Source of the DNA: Chrysomallon squamiferum
Lineage: Eukaryota > Animalia > Mollusca
Assembly (NCBI GenBank): GCA_012295275.1
Contig: CM022673.1
Location: forward strand, 23,684,001-23,748,000
Length of the DNA: 64,000 bases
Direction of reading: 5' to 3'
The notes beneath the pieces were generated by a model. It was not told the DNA's origin. It saw only the letters and a program-made list of their open reading frames with translations, and ran no database searches. Shown here piece by piece: positions 37,701 to 50,767 of the stretch (position 1 is its first letter; every line of letters begins with the position of its first letter). Both the position numbers and the translations under genes were made by a program.

Positions 37701-40024
37701 TGTATTTAAATAACAATTTTTGTTCAGGTGATTAAAGCAGCAGAACTGGCGAATGCTCACGACTTTGTGAGTCAGTTTCCACAAGGCTACAACACCGTGC
37801 TTGGCGAGAGGGGGGTTACTGTGTCTGGGGGACAGAAACAGAGGATAGCCATTGCCCGAGCACTCATCAAAAACCCCTCCATTCTTGTCCTGGACGAGGC
37901 TACAAGGTTTGATGTTCATTTAAACGCAACGTTTATTTAAATTAGATGTGTTGTAGAGCGTTTCTCTGACTGGCAAGAGTTTACTGAGAAAGAAAAAAAA
38001 ACTTAACATCAGATGTGAAATCTCTTAATTCAGTGTGTGAAAGCTTGACAGATTAACATTTTAGAAAGAGAAAAATTCAGAGATAAAAAACAGGTTAATA
38101 ATTTAGATCTGAGTGATTTCTTCTGTTGATTTGTCTTGAAAATGTCAACTCAAGTTAAGTGGTGGTAAATGTAACTGCTGTTTGTTACACATAATTTTTT
38201 TGATATTTTGCTTTCTTACATTACTTTTTGTTGTTTTTTTCTTAATAAATTTCAGGATAATTTTTGTAAATTATACAAAATGTATACATTTCTTCTGTTC
38301 AGACCTTTTATTATTTTATTTTGATTTATTCTTACTATATGCAATAATTAACATTAAATCTTAAAATAAATAAATAAATAAATAAAATAAAGAAGAAGGT
38401 AGGATAGTTGTATTCATATTAACTTGGTACAGGTCATGTTTAGAAAACATGCTGTGGTATTATAAATGTTTGAAAAAAAAAATAAAAACATGGTAGTTGA
38501 TTTCATGTCTTAATATGAGAGGAAATAATAATCAATTTATTCTGTATGAAGTTGAATGATTTGGCAGAGTGCTCTTTGCATAATAGAACAATTCATAGAA
38601 AATACAACATCTTTTATCACATTTATTAACATAACATACTAAATAACAAAACAATGTTTTATGTGTGTGTGACAAACATAATTTATCAAAATGTATATAA
38701 ATGTAGAGTTTACTGTTGAGTGTGTCACGGTGAAAGTAAGAAGTATGACTAATGTTGATTACAGACAAACAGCAGTGAACAGATCTGTTATACTAGTCTT
38801 ATCTGGGGTGTTGGCTTCTTAATAAAATTATATATATGTATATATATATATTGTGTATGAGTGAGTGAGTGTTTCTGTCAGTTTAAGTGCCTGTGTGAAT
38901 GTGACACAGTTCATGTTGAACAAAAAATTAAAAGTCATTACAGTGAACCATATTTGTTTATGAAATTATTTATTTTTTTAATGCACTGAAATATGTTAAT
39001 TTGAATTTGGTTACATTCATATTTAAAATACGTTTTTATTTTATTATAATACACTAAATATATTTTAATACACTAACTGTATGTATTATGATCTAATACA
39101 CTGGATATGTATATATTATATTTTATTTTAATAAACTGAAGATGTATTTATTGTACTTAGTAGCTAAATATGTATGTATTAATACATTTTAATATACTAG
39201 ATGTAAATGTACTATATTTTAATACTTTAGATGTAAATGTACTATATTTAACTACACTAGATGTAAATGTACTATATTTTAACACAATAGATGTAAATGT
39301 ACTATATTTTAATATACTAGATGTAAATGTACTATATTTTAATACACTAAATGTAAATATACTATATTTTAATACACTAGATGTATTTTATGTGTCACAT
39401 TTTTTAGTGCACTGGATGCAGAGTCAGAGAGAGTGGTTCAGGAAGCTTTAGACAAAGTGATCAAAGGTGAGCAGTGAGCAGGATTACTCACTTTTATCTT
39501 ACTGTGTTGTTTATCTGCTGTTATAAACTGTTGTTTGTCTGCTGTTACAAACTGTTTTTTATCTGCTGTTATAAACTGTTGTTTATCTGCTGTTATAAAC
39601 TGTGTTGTTTATGTGCAGATCGTACAGTCATCGTCATTGCACATCGGCTGAGCACCATCAGAAACGCTGACATGATCGCAGTCGTCTCCAACGGCAAAAT
39701 AGTGGAGGTAAACTCACTTTCACTTTCACTTTCACCTCCAGTTACCAAAAAACTATTTTCTCTTCTCTATTCAGATGTTTTTACATTTTAAATTAAAAAA
39801 TAACCACATGAAAAAAAAGAAGAAAAACGTTACCTGACATTATGTGAAGTTTCAATGTTTATTGTGTGTCGGGTTCATTTTAAATTTAATGAAATGTTTT
39901 ACAGAAAGGAACACACAGGGTGCTGAAGAAGAAGAAAGGCTTGTACTGGGAACTGATCAGAAAACAAGAACTAGAAGAAGAAATATTAGTTCACGAAAAA
40001 CACACCGAGTCTGAGGGATTTTAA
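28686..40024 (+). CDS. ABCB8: Mitochondrial ABC half-transporter ABCB8, 18 coding exons, ~726 aa
   Basis: Exons 28686-28774, 29885-30254, 30336-30491, 30822-30967, 31485-31560, 31937-32077, 32358-32443, 33024-33121, 33682-33787, 34507-34579, 34964-35077, 35341-35413, 36953-37086, 37415-37486, 37728-37906, 39408-39466, 39619-39707, 39905-40024. All GT-AG, in phase, 2181 nt. ABCB8-type [23 protein letters not shown] and [13 protein letters not shown]; Walker A GLSGGGKST, signature VSGGQKQR, Walker [14 protein letters not shown]-loop IAHRLST; Arg-rich presequence-like N-terminus. Confidence 0.95.
29885..30254 (+). CDS. ABCB8: ABCB8 exon 2
   Basis: ...[23 protein letters not shown]. Confidence 0.88.
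30336..30491 (+). CDS. ABCB8: ABCB8 exon 3
   Basis: [21 protein letters not shown]... Confidence 0.93.
30822..30967 (+). CDS. ABCB8: ABCB8 exon 4
   Basis: [19 protein letters not shown]...[16 protein letters not shown]. Confidence 0.95.
31485..31560 (+). CDS. ABCB8: ABCB8 exon 5
   Basis: [25 protein letters not shown]. Confidence 0.95.
31937..32077 (+). CDS. ABCB8: ABCB8 exon 6
   Basis: [17 protein letters not shown]...[11 protein letters not shown]. Confidence 0.94.
32358..32443 (+). CDS. ABCB8: ABCB8 exon 7
   Basis: [27 protein letters not shown]. Confidence 0.95.
33024..33121 (+). CDS. ABCB8: ABCB8 exon 8
   Basis: [17 protein letters not shown]. Confidence 0.94.
33682..33787 (+). CDS. 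ABCB8: ABCB8 exon 9
   Basis: [10 protein letters not shown]...[14 protein letters not shown]. Confidence 0.95.
33812..34195. repeat. ~23-bp tandem repeat starting just after ABCB8 exon 9 donor
   Basis: ttttacatgttaaactaacagtg units. Confidence 0.85.
34507..34579 (+). CDS. ABCB8: ABCB8 exon 10
   Basis: [24 protein letters not shown]. Confidence 0.95.
34964..35077 (+). CDS. ABCB8: ABCB8 exon 11
   Basis: [13 protein letters not shown]...[18 protein letters not shown]. Confidence 0.95.
35341..35413 (+). CDS. ABCB8: ABCB8 exon 12
   Basis: [24 protein letters not shown]. Confidence 0.95.
35635..36952. repeat. 26-bp tandem array ending at ABCB8 exon 13 acceptor
   Basis: aagtaatgtgtataagtgatatgtaa, ~50 copies. 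Confidence 0.9.
36953..37086 (+). CDS. ABCB8: ABCB8 exon 13
   Basis: [13 protein letters not shown]...IGFINQ. Confidence 0.95.
37415..37486 (+). CDS. ABCB8: ABCB8 exon 14
   Basis: [24 protein letters not shown]. Confidence 0.95.
37728..37906 (+). CDS. ABCB8: ABCB8 exon 15
   Basis: ANAHDFV...[27 protein letters not shown]. Confidence 0.96.
39040..39390. repeat. 30-bp array derived from ABCB8 exon 16 acceptor
   Basis: tattttaaTACACTAGATGTAA vs junction tttttagTGCACTGGATGCAG. Confidence 0.8.
39408..39466 (+). CDS. ABCB8: ABCB8 exon 16
   Basis: [19 protein letters not shown]. Confidence 0.95.
39500..39618. repeat. 24-bp array derived from ABCB8 exon 17 acceptor
   Basis: gttgtttatctgctgTTATAAACT vs junction gttgtttatgtgcagATCGTACAGT. 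Confidence 0.8.
39619..39707 (+). CDS. ABCB8: ABCB8 exon 17
   Basis: [29 protein letters not shown]. Confidence 0.95.
39905..40024 (+). CDS. ABCB8: ABCB8 exon 18 (terminal)
   Basis: [21 protein letters not shown]...EGF-TAA; AATAAA at 40076. Confidence 0.92.
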   Translation, partial: KGTHRVLKKKKGLYWELIRKQELEEEILVHEKHTESEGF

Positions 40025-40823
40025 AACAGAAACATTTCAGTTTTTTAGTGAAACACTGAGAACATTTGGTATGCAAATAAACATTTAGCTATTTTTAGAG
40101 CGTGTGTAATAACTGTATTATTTATTCAGAATGGACTTTACAGTAATAGAAGTGTCCTGTTTTAGAATAAGCTAATTGTAATATGTGTATATCCTGAACT
40201 GATCTTATGTACATAATGTAGCTTTTCGAACTTTGTCATTTTATGAACTAATCTCAAGATTGTTGTTGGATATTTGTAATTTGCAACATTTATTTTTGAT
40301 TGCTCTCTTGTTTAAATATAAAATATTTTTATATCACCTAATAAATATCTCTTCGTTTGATTGGAGGAATCGATACTATGTGTGATGACAATCATTTTCA
40401 AATTAAACTGAAAACATCATCCTAAAACAAATTAGTAGAAACGTTGTCCACATAATAAACAATCTGTGTGTTGTATATTAAACTAATTTCTTCTTGTTTT
40501 CTTCACTTCTGAAATGCATATAAACGATGTTACTTGAAAAGACCAGCCTATATCACAGATATGTACTTCAGACGTCATTTCAACGATACGTTTGAAAACG
40601 TGAGACACGTGATCAAAAATGAAATACAGTTATTAATAAACTTTCAACATATACTTCATAATGAGATTTCAGTTGTGTATTTGGTTCTCAGCATGTTTAT
40701 GGCAAAGATTTCTCTTACAAATCGTAATATGAAAAATCACTTTTATGATGAAAGTGGGAGATAAAAAAGAACATGTATGTACGTGTGTGAACCAGTTGCC
40801 AAAAAAGGAAAAGAGCAAGACAG

Positions 40824-40897
40824 GGTTTGAAGAGGGATTCGAACACCCAACGTTCTGCGCATGAGACAGAGGCTGTAACCATGTTAGCTGTAACCAG
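40824..40897 (-). pseudogene. Degenerate tRNA-like sequence (CAT anticodon) or tRNA-derived SINE head
   Basis: D-arm-like AGCTAACATGGTTACAGC, anticodon arm TCTGT-CTCATGC-GCAGA, T-loop/B-box GTTCGAATCCC, downstream T6; acceptor stem does not pair. Confidence 0.5.
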
Positions 40898-43696
40898 ATC
40901 CTCACATTTTGTCTTAGAAGTGGGCTTTCTGCTGTTTGTGATTTACTGAGTTCTCTGACACGTACTTTACAGTCCTCATTAATTACACGAGTAGTCAGCT
41001 ATAAGTGAACTGACAGCGTCACTGGAAATTATTCTGTAAAATACAGCTTCCGGCAGTGTTAGTTTAGCGACATTGAAAACGTAGAACAGCACAGAGTTGG
41101 AGGTTTCCCGCAAAGTGTATTACTGTTAACACAAAGAATAATTAATAAGCATACATCACTAGGAGAAACAACTGATAAAAAAGAAAATAGTTATTTAAAA
41201 TGTAATTGTCGTTTAAGAGTCCTTTGATTTTCTTCAGTTTGCGCATGTGTGTAAGGGGGCTTAGAAATGCCGACAGCTGTATTCTAGTCACGTGAGTAAA
41301 AATGGCACCACTGTTTGGTGTATATTTGTTAACGAGTAGTAGACGGAACGAAGCTGATAACTGAGTACTTCTGTCAAGAACTTTAATCAAATTCTGTTGA
41401 TGAAGATAAAATCACTTGTATTTGCAACAACAAAATGTCTTCATCACTCGTTACACGCTGTTTTCCTGTGTCAGTTCGAGATTGCATGTCCGCGCAGTTT
41501 GATGAATGTGGCTGAAGTATAATTTAGAAATCTTGCAGTGACCTGTTGTCAGTGTGTGTATTTGACAAGTTCACGTGAGAGTCAGTACTGCAGCAATTAT
41601 GAAATATTTTCCTGTTGGATTCCTTTCAGACACGTACACATAGTTATTTTATTACATCAAATAACTTTCACCAGCACCGATAGTAATTAATGTTTTACGC
41701 ATGCAACCACACGCAATATGCACGCGCTTTAACACATATTTAAAACTTTTATTTAATAAAAAAGTTTCGTTCTCGTTGGATTTTTTGTTTTTAAACTTGA
41801 ACATGTTGAGGAAGATTTAATGTGCATTTTATGTGGTTATGAATCTACATTCAGCCTTTAGTCTTGATAATAAATCGTCTGTTCACTGATTAACAATGTT
41901 AACTGACATCACACAAATATATATATAAGTGATTATGTGTCCATTATAACATTACTTTCTGACTGCAGTCATTAAACTATCTAGTCTTTCATAAACTGCT
42001 AAGCAAGACAAAAAACAAAAAAATGTAATTTCTGATAACATGATATTTTTTTTTGTAATGTGATTGAAGCGTATATTTCTGATAACATGGTGTTATCTTA
42101 CGTAATGTGTTTTAAATGTGTAATTTTAATAACTTGGTAATTTTTTATATTTTAAATGTGTGTTATTCCGTAAGAAATCCATTTATTTCAAACTAGAAAG
42201 ATATTTTCACATTGAACGTTTTTTTAATGATATTTTAATGTATCTATATCAGCTCTAGTGCAAAAAATGTCTACCAACATTTCTGAGGATGAATGTTGTT
42301 TCTGATGCAGTTTTGATAAAGCAAATTTATAATAATGTGTATCGATTGTTTGCAATGATAGTAGATGTTGCCTTTTGTAAAATAGCTTTATTTGATCATT
42401 TTTAAAAGAATATTAAGAAAATTTGTATCATGAATTTCTGTCCAGATAAATAACAAAATCGCGTCTTCTACGAATGGCACTAGAGACGCAGAAATCCATT
42501 AGCTGTTAGCTTCCTTGCGAGTCCAGAAATGGATGAAGCTTCCTAGGAGGAATCAGTTATCTTCATCAATATTAGTGTGAAGCAAAGATAAATTTTTACA
42601 AGAACGTATGACAGTGTTTCTTTAAATGTTTGCGTACACACCCAACACGCGCGCACCCACATACACGCGCGCACGCACACACATTGTTTTTAAAACGATG
42701 AAACAATTTGTAAGCAGATTAAAAACGCCTACAAAAGTACAACCAAGAGTTTGACCGTAAAGTGATACCACTTTAAGCCAAATCAATTCTGTTGTCAATA
42801 TCGAAAAAAATCACCACTTAAAAATAAAAAGAAGAAAAATGTCTGAATTTGCATTTAGTAACAAATGTATTTTTTCTTTCTTTCGTTTTATTCTTCAGAA
42901 TTAATGTAACACTATCTGCACGAACAGTTGAATGCAAACAAACAAAAAAAAAAAAAAACAAAACAAAAACAAAAAAATAAACAAAAAAACCCCACACACT
43001 CTGTAGTTTACAATAATAAATAATAAAATAGTTTGTACTAAACAAACTTCGTTTAAATAGAAATTTGTGGTCGTGAAAATATTTTGGTTAAACATGCGTT
43101 TGGCGGATTCTAACACACGTTTTACTCTACAAACCAAACGTTATCGTGTAATCTACACATAAAATGTCCTTACAGTCTACAAAATAAAAATAAAAATAAA
43201 AAATAAATAAATAAATAAATAAATAAATAAAGAAATAAAGAAATAGAAAAAAGAAAAAGAATATATGTTGTTACAATCCAAAAATAAAATGTTTTCTTTT
43301 AATCAACAAATAAAATGTTACGTTACAAATAAAACATTTTACAATTCTTTGTTACATTCTTAAAATTAAACGTTATATTACAAATGTACAAATAAAATTT
43401 GTTGATGGTTTCAGAACTGTTTAGAGATCAGGCAACACGCTTGGATTCCATTTATTCAATATGTTTAGATGGATGATTAATGTAATAGTTGACAAGTGGT
43501 AGGAATCGATCGAGATGTGTACTAACAATCTAGCAGAACTCGTGTACTCTAAAACATTGCCATATTGTTAAAACCAGCGATAGAATGTCGTCCTTTTTAA
43601 AACTTTATTCTTTTGATGTTATTCTTCGCTGTTGATTAAATTTAAATGCTAAATATGTATGTATGTATCTATAAGCAAGCGAACAAAAAAAAAAAA

Positions 43697-43729
<33 letters not shown>

Positions 43730-43987
43730 GATAAAAAGAGTAAAGAAAAGAAATTCATCATTAAATTATTTATTATCCACGAATTTCTACTATTGTCATC
43801 GATTTAATAAATTAAAATGTGCATTATATACCTGCCTGATGCTCATTTCAACGACGTTTTTGAAGCACATTTTAGAAAACATAAAACAGTAAACTTTACA
43901 ATCTGACAGAAAATTAAGAAGATATCAGAGTGAGAGAAAGATACACTGAGTTTGTGAAAAAGATGTTCGCTCTATCCATCCATCCAC

Positions 43988-44043
<56 letters not shown>

Positions 44044-44194
44044 CTCTATTTCTCTGCAATATATATGGATATATCTGCCTGTTTGCCTGATCTCTTGTTA
44101 TGTCTGCTGATAAATTTCGCTATAAGAAAATAATTGGACTGCGAATTTGTTTGGTTATTAGCCTGTCAGCTTACTTTGTAGCTTAGGTACTTGA

Positions 44195-44233
<39 letters not shown>

Positions 44234-44549
44234 GCTACTGCTACGATTACTATGACATGATTATTATTATATATTACTATTGTCGTCGTCATTGTTGTTG
44301 TTGTTGTTATATTATTTTACTGTTTTATATTATTTCTTTCCATTATGCTTTCCAGTGAATACAAAAATCATGTGAAGTTTGAAAAAGAAACGACTATGAA
44401 CTTAATACATATCAGACTCGATAATTCCAGTCAGAAGGTCTAGGTACTTTTTCTAAATATAGCTACTTTATAAAGGGTAGCAAAACAACTGCCACAGACT
44501 TCGACAAACTGATTGTAGTTTCTCCACAAGTTGGCGAACGACAGAAACA

Positions 44550-44587
<38 letters not shown>

Positions 44588-45760
44588 ATAATCTCAGTCA
44601 AACGTTTGTCGGATGGGCCCCTTTACGATATTTTGTTCTGTGCACAGCAAGAAGCACAAATGTGTAACACGTGACTTCAAGACTGTGAGCTCTAGGTAGA
44701 GGCCCTGTTTCTACAGAATGCCAGTTTTAAAATCACGGGTTATGTTTAAATTCGCCAAACCATTTTTGTTTTTTTCTCTCTCTCTCTCCCGGAAACATAA
44801 AGAACTTATAAACTGTTGTTGTTAGAAGTGAGAAATAAAAATAAATAATTAACTGTTTCTCCATTATATTTGAAATAGGTTTTTCAAATGTTCTCGGTAC
44901 GTGTCAGTTCTCTAACACGCCACCTGGTGTAGAACAAGTCGATTGTTAGCGACAGATCAAATTTCACGTTTTAATCTGTGATCATAAATATCTTAAAATA
45001 ATCACAAAACAACTAATAGTTTCTTTAGATTGCTTTCAGAAGATAATTCGCACAGATACATATACACTCGTTAACACAACACACAAATATAAACAGCTAC
45101 ATATATACATATATATATAACATGCACATGTACGTACAAACACATATATACATGTACATATACATTCATACAGTTGTGTGCATGTGCATATATACATACA
45201 TACATATATACATACATACACACACACAAAAAATGCACATACACACAGATATATTTACATGAACACGTACAAAAATAAATAAAAGTGTCAGTGGTTATTG
45301 AAAGCAGAAGCTGTTCAGTATTAAATGAAATCAAACGATTAGATATTCTTGTGGAGGGAATTGTCACGTAAACATTCTAATTAGTTAACGCTTTCTCCAA
45401 AGATAAATCCACAAAGCAAAAAAAAAAAAAAAAGTTGTTACTGAGAACACATTATAAAGATTACACTAAAGTTATGGAATTTAAAAAGATCAAAAAAAAA
45501 AAAAAAAAGCCAACAAAAACATACTAACGGAAAGTAATAAAAGCAGAAATTGCAACAATTTAATGAAATTGTTTATTTTTATTTTATGTTGGTTTGTCTT
45601 ATATTTCTTTGCTTTTTTTTTATGTGTGTTTCTCACTTATATTTCTTTTTTTGTATTTCACACTTTGTCTTATATGACTTTGTTTTTTTTTTTTTCTCAC
45701 TTCGTCTTGTACTTCTTTTTTTGCATTTCACACTTTGTCTTAAATTTCTTTGTTGTTTTT

Positions 45761-45818
<58 letters not shown>

Positions 45819-46329
45819 AATGACTGAGCTTTGTTTCAAACTGAATGACCTAAAATTAAATTTACTAACAAGATAATGTAAAAACACATTTATTCTTTTT
45901 TCATTTTATGTATTAAAATTGGTAGACATTCTCAGATGTAATATCTACTTGATTACCTTTCACCTAAACGTATATGGTTTATTTGAGTTTCTGTGACAGT
46001 TTAAATAAATTTATCAAACATCCGTAATCAATTTTTAATAACCTAAAATAAATTTAGGAAATGACTTGATGTTATACAGGAAATCAAACCATGTAATTGT
46101 ATTATTCAGTAGCGCGTGGATTGTTATTTTAAATTGAGTCTACATAATTATATTTCTTAACCGAGATCTTGTCTGCAAAAGTCAATTTCCTCGGAGAATA
46201 TTTATATTCTGTGTTTATAGCACATGATTAATTTCACTATAGCCGCTGTCAGACAGGCTAATTAATTGAACGATTGAAGAGTTCAGTGTGATGAAGTCTA
46301 AGACTAAGGAGTTCGCTGAACAGCATTTA

Positions 46330-46760
46330 ATTAACTAATATATAATATTAGCATTCACTTATATAAATAAGCTTTAGTTAGTTTTCACTGAATATAAAAT
46401 TAGTATTTACTTATATAAATCAGTTTTAGTTAGTAGTCACTGAATATAAAATGAATATTTAGTTAGCATTAACTAATATATATAATTATATATATATCAT
46501 TAGTATTCACTTATATAAATAAGTTTTAGTTAGTATTCACTGAATATAAAATTAGTATTTACTTATATTAATAAGTTTTAGCTTGTAATCACTGAATATA
46601 AAATTAGTATTTACTTATATAAACAAGTTTGAGTTAATATTCATTGAATACAAAATTAGTATTTAGTTAGCATTAACTAATATATATAATTAGCATTTAC
46701 TTATATAAATAAGTTTTAGTTATTAATCACTGAATATAAAATCAGTGTTTAGTTAATATT
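46330..46760. repeat. AT-rich ~50-bp tandem repeat
   Basis: attagtatttacttatataaataagttttagttagtattcactgaatataaa-like units. Confidence 0.8.
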
Positions 46761-48374
46761 GATTATGATTAAACTCAAGTAACGTAGAGACTAGAAAACT
46801 GTTTAATTAGAGAGCACATTATGAAACATTTCCCTCAGTTCACGGTGCTGCTGCTATGTCGGGTGAAGGTTCTTTGTTGTTAAAATCTGTATTTTGTGTT
46901 TCTTGGAACAGAATGTGAAATGTAAAATGTGAGGGCAGTCGAATCAGTGGTTGACGAGACTGGTAGGATATTAATTCTATACATTACTGAACTCTCGGCG
47001 CTTCACAGTTAATTGGCTGTGCAGCTAGAAACCAGACAAAGCGAGGTCCGCGGGCGTCGAATCAAAAATGATGAACTGGGTCAGAAATAATTATAAAACT
47101 CCCCATCAGCTTCCCGAGTTTCGGTCGCGTTTTTACACGAGAAATGAAGTTTTCACTTATCACATATATTCGACATTCAGCAAAAAAAAATTTCATCATT
47201 TAATCTTAAAAAATATTTTAAAATTATTTTCAGTTAACGTTTATTTTTGTTTTAAAAAAATATGCAAACAATAAAATACATCTAAATTTTAACAAGAACA
47301 TTAAATTATGAAATAGGACTCCGAAATACGGCCTGAACACAGAAACAGTGTCCTCGGAGTACGTGACATTGAAAAATATCTGTTGATGTTCATATGCAGA
47401 AGACGTTACTTAGTCAGCTTGGACTTAGCAGATAACGAGAGTGGTTACTGACCGGTAATCCCGGCCTGAATTCAAACATTTTCCTCGTCGTCTAATCACC
47501 ACAAAGCCTGGAAGAATGACGACGTCTAGCACGACTTGAATTATTCAGTTTGTGTTTCTTACGAGTCAAAAACACTGAATTAAGCAAATCAAAAAAGTCC
47601 TTCATGAGTTCACGTCACAAAAGATTTTGTGTGAACACAGATAAAGCTTTATAATTGTTGTTGTTTTTATTTAACGGGAACTCTCCGAGAAACAATTTTA
47701 AATGTATTTTATCTGTAGCGAAGAGTTTTGTTTTATATAATCCTGATTAATATAAAACGAATTACGCGAGAATCCGAGCTTGAAAACAAATTTTTGGGTA
47801 TTTGAAATAAATTGTTCTGGAAATCAATGTATCACTCGGAGTTTTTTTTTTTTTTTTTCGTTTGCCAGAATTCTTTTTCTGAGTGGAAAACAAAGTAAAA
47901 CGAAACGAATTCGTGCAGTCATCTCTTCACTTTTTGCGAACGACAAGAATTCTAAGGACTGATTACTTCTTTGTGTTTTTTTTATTTTTTATAATCTGGT
48001 CGGCTGAACAAGACTGTATGGTTAATACGTGAATTGAGGAGCGTGTTACAAGCTGCTGTAATCGTAGTTCTCTAACCTCATTCATTCACTGAATTCCCGC
48101 GGGCTGAACTACCATGATCAGTTCATCTTGAACAAACCACTTGATCGACCACAACATCGCGAACAACACCGATATTCTGAACACGATCTGTAGATCACTG
48201 CATTGCGAAACATTCAAAATTCAGTAATATATGGCACCATTGTTGACACTGATAAAACGTTGACGTCCTATAAATATATCATGAGTTATAGATGCGATAT
48301 TTTTCAATTCTGATAGTTCGTTTTTGAATAATGTAAAAGAATGAAACCTCTGTAATGGAAATTCTCATTAAATC

Positions 48375-48950
48375 ACTTATTTGTTGACCCTGTAATATAA
48401 AAGACGTTGACATTCTGCAATGATAATGGATTTGTAATATAAATGACGTTGACATTCTGCAATGATAATGGATTTGTAATATAAATGACGTTGACATTCT
48501 GCAATAAATTATGTATTTGTTGACCTTGTAATGTAAAAGACGTTCGCATTCTGTAATGAATGACGTATTTGTTGATTCTGTAATGTAGAAGACGTTGACA
48601 TTCTGCAATGATAACGGATTTGTCAACCACTATAACATAAATAACGTTGACATTTTGCAATAATTTATTTATTTGTTGACCCTATAATGTAAAAGACGTT
48701 GACATTCTGCAATGATAATGGATTTGTCAACCACTATAATATAAATGACGTTGACATTCGGTAATAAATTATGTATTTGTTGACCTTGTAATGTAAAAGA
48801 CGTTCGCATTCTGTAATGAATGACACATTTGTTGACCCTGTAATGTAAAAGACGTTGACATTCTACAATGATAACGGATTTGTCAACCACTATAATATAA
48901 ATGACTTTGATATTCTGTAATAAATTATGTATTTGTTGACCTTGTAATGG
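48375..48950. repeat. Composite tandem repeat with higher-order structure
   Basis: Recurring gacgttgacattctgcaatga and tttgttgaccttgtaatgtaaaa modules. Confidence 0.85.
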
Positions 48951-49173
48951 TGAAAGAATTGTCGACCGCATGCTGTAAATATATAAATATAATATGTTAC
49001 AGATTACAACGTCAACTATGACGTTGATAAATGTCAGTTACGTAAACAGAAATATGGTATAAAAATCAGTCCAGTCATCTTACTTCTGTATGTTCCTTGC
49101 TGTCTTTTATTTTGGCATCATTATCATTGTCGTCATCATTAACATCATCATCATCGTCTTTATTATTAATATT

Positions 49174-49206
<33 letters not shown>

Positions 49207-49794
49207 GTAATTGCTGCTGATGTTATTTCTGCTGTCGTCATCGTCATCGTCGCTGAAATGATTATCTTCATCTTCTTCACTAAATGTGTGTGTTTTCACA
49301 TTAACATTGGTCAGATGTGTTTTTGTCCAGTGATGGTTTAGATTTCTGCGGCACGCTATGCTCGCATAACACGTCAGAGAAAATCACATCAGCCGATTGG
49401 TCTCACCGCCTCTTTAACCTTCATGCTGCGACCTAGAAATATAATCTTCATTTACGTACTCCATTATTACAGCAAATTACACAGCCGGAATGAATTTCCT
49501 TTTAAATTACTATTTTTGCTTGCGTTTGAATGTACGTTTGTTGTTAAATCTGTATGTTCTTTTTAGATATAATTAAAGATGGCATGTAATTATGTGCCTG
49601 TATATAATATGTAAATGTGTGCCTGTATATAATATGTATTCCTCGTGTTATAAAAGGATAAATCTAATTTAAACAAAACCAAAATCATGTTATACGTGCA
49701 ACTACATATTTATATGCATGTACTTTCTGTTTTTGCCTAAGTATTTGCATGCATGTACCTGTTCATATCGAACTATTTGTTTGTGTGCAGGTAT

Positions 49795-50582
49795 GTAAAA
49801 ATCTTACTGACTTGTACGTGATCATCACGTGGTGAAATTCTGTCTGATTTGTACGTGATCCATACTGAGTGGTGAAATTCTCTCTGACGTACGTGATCCA
49901 TACTAACTGAGTGGTCAAATTCTCACTAACTTGCACGTGATCCATGCTGAGTGGTGATATTCTCTCTGACTTGTACGTGATCATCACTAATTGAGTGACT
50001 GGTGAAATTCTGACTAACTTGTACGTGATCCATACTAACTGATATTTTCTCTGACTTGTACGCGATCATCACTAATTGAGTGAGTGGTGAAATTCTCTCT
50101 GACTTGTACGTGATCATCACTAATTGAGTGAGTGGTAAAATTATCTCTGACTTGTACGCAATCTGCAGTAATTGAGTGACTGGTGAAATTCTGACTGACT
50201 TGTACCTGATCCATACCGAGTGGTGAAATTCTCTCTGACTTGTACGTGATCATCACTGACTGAATGACCGGTGAAATTCTGACTGATTTGTAAGTGATCC
50301 ATACTGAGTGGTGAAATTCTCTCTAACTTGTACGTGATCATCACTAATTGAGTGAGAGGTAAACTTCTCACTGACTTGTTCGTGATCCATTCTGAGTGGT
50401 GAAATTCCTCTGACTTGTACACGATCCATACTGAGTGGTGGTGCAAATTCTCTCTAATCCATACTGAGTGGTGACATTCTCTCTAACTTGTACGTGATCA
50501 TCACTGACTGAGCGAGTGGTGAAATTCTCTCCGACATGCACGCGATCGTCACTAATTGAGTAAGTGGTGAAATTCTCAGTGA
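49795..50582. repeat. ~40-44 bp minisatellite rich in TACGTG
   Basis: gagtggtgaaattctctctgacttgtacgtgatc(catact/atcactaatt) units. Confidence 0.9.
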
Positions 50583-50767
50583 CGTCGCGGAGTTAGATCG
50601 ATGAGTTGATTCTGCGCCTGCCAGCGCCTGGCCACGTTCTCACTGCGAGTACGTGTCAGAAACAACAGATTCCAGCAGCAGCAGCAGACAACACGGACTG
50701 TTCTCTGTGCACGCTGCTCGAAACTGGGGAAATAAAAAAAAGTAATATATATAAAAAAGATTTCTAA

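Noticed and set aside
47015-47065. tRNA-like 3' half (ggtccgcgggcgtcgaatc)
   Set aside because: Too degenerate; no cloverleaf or GTTC
48090-48200. GC-richer segment with a minus-strand acceptor-like site
   Set aside because: Short frames with no recognisable motif and no partner exon
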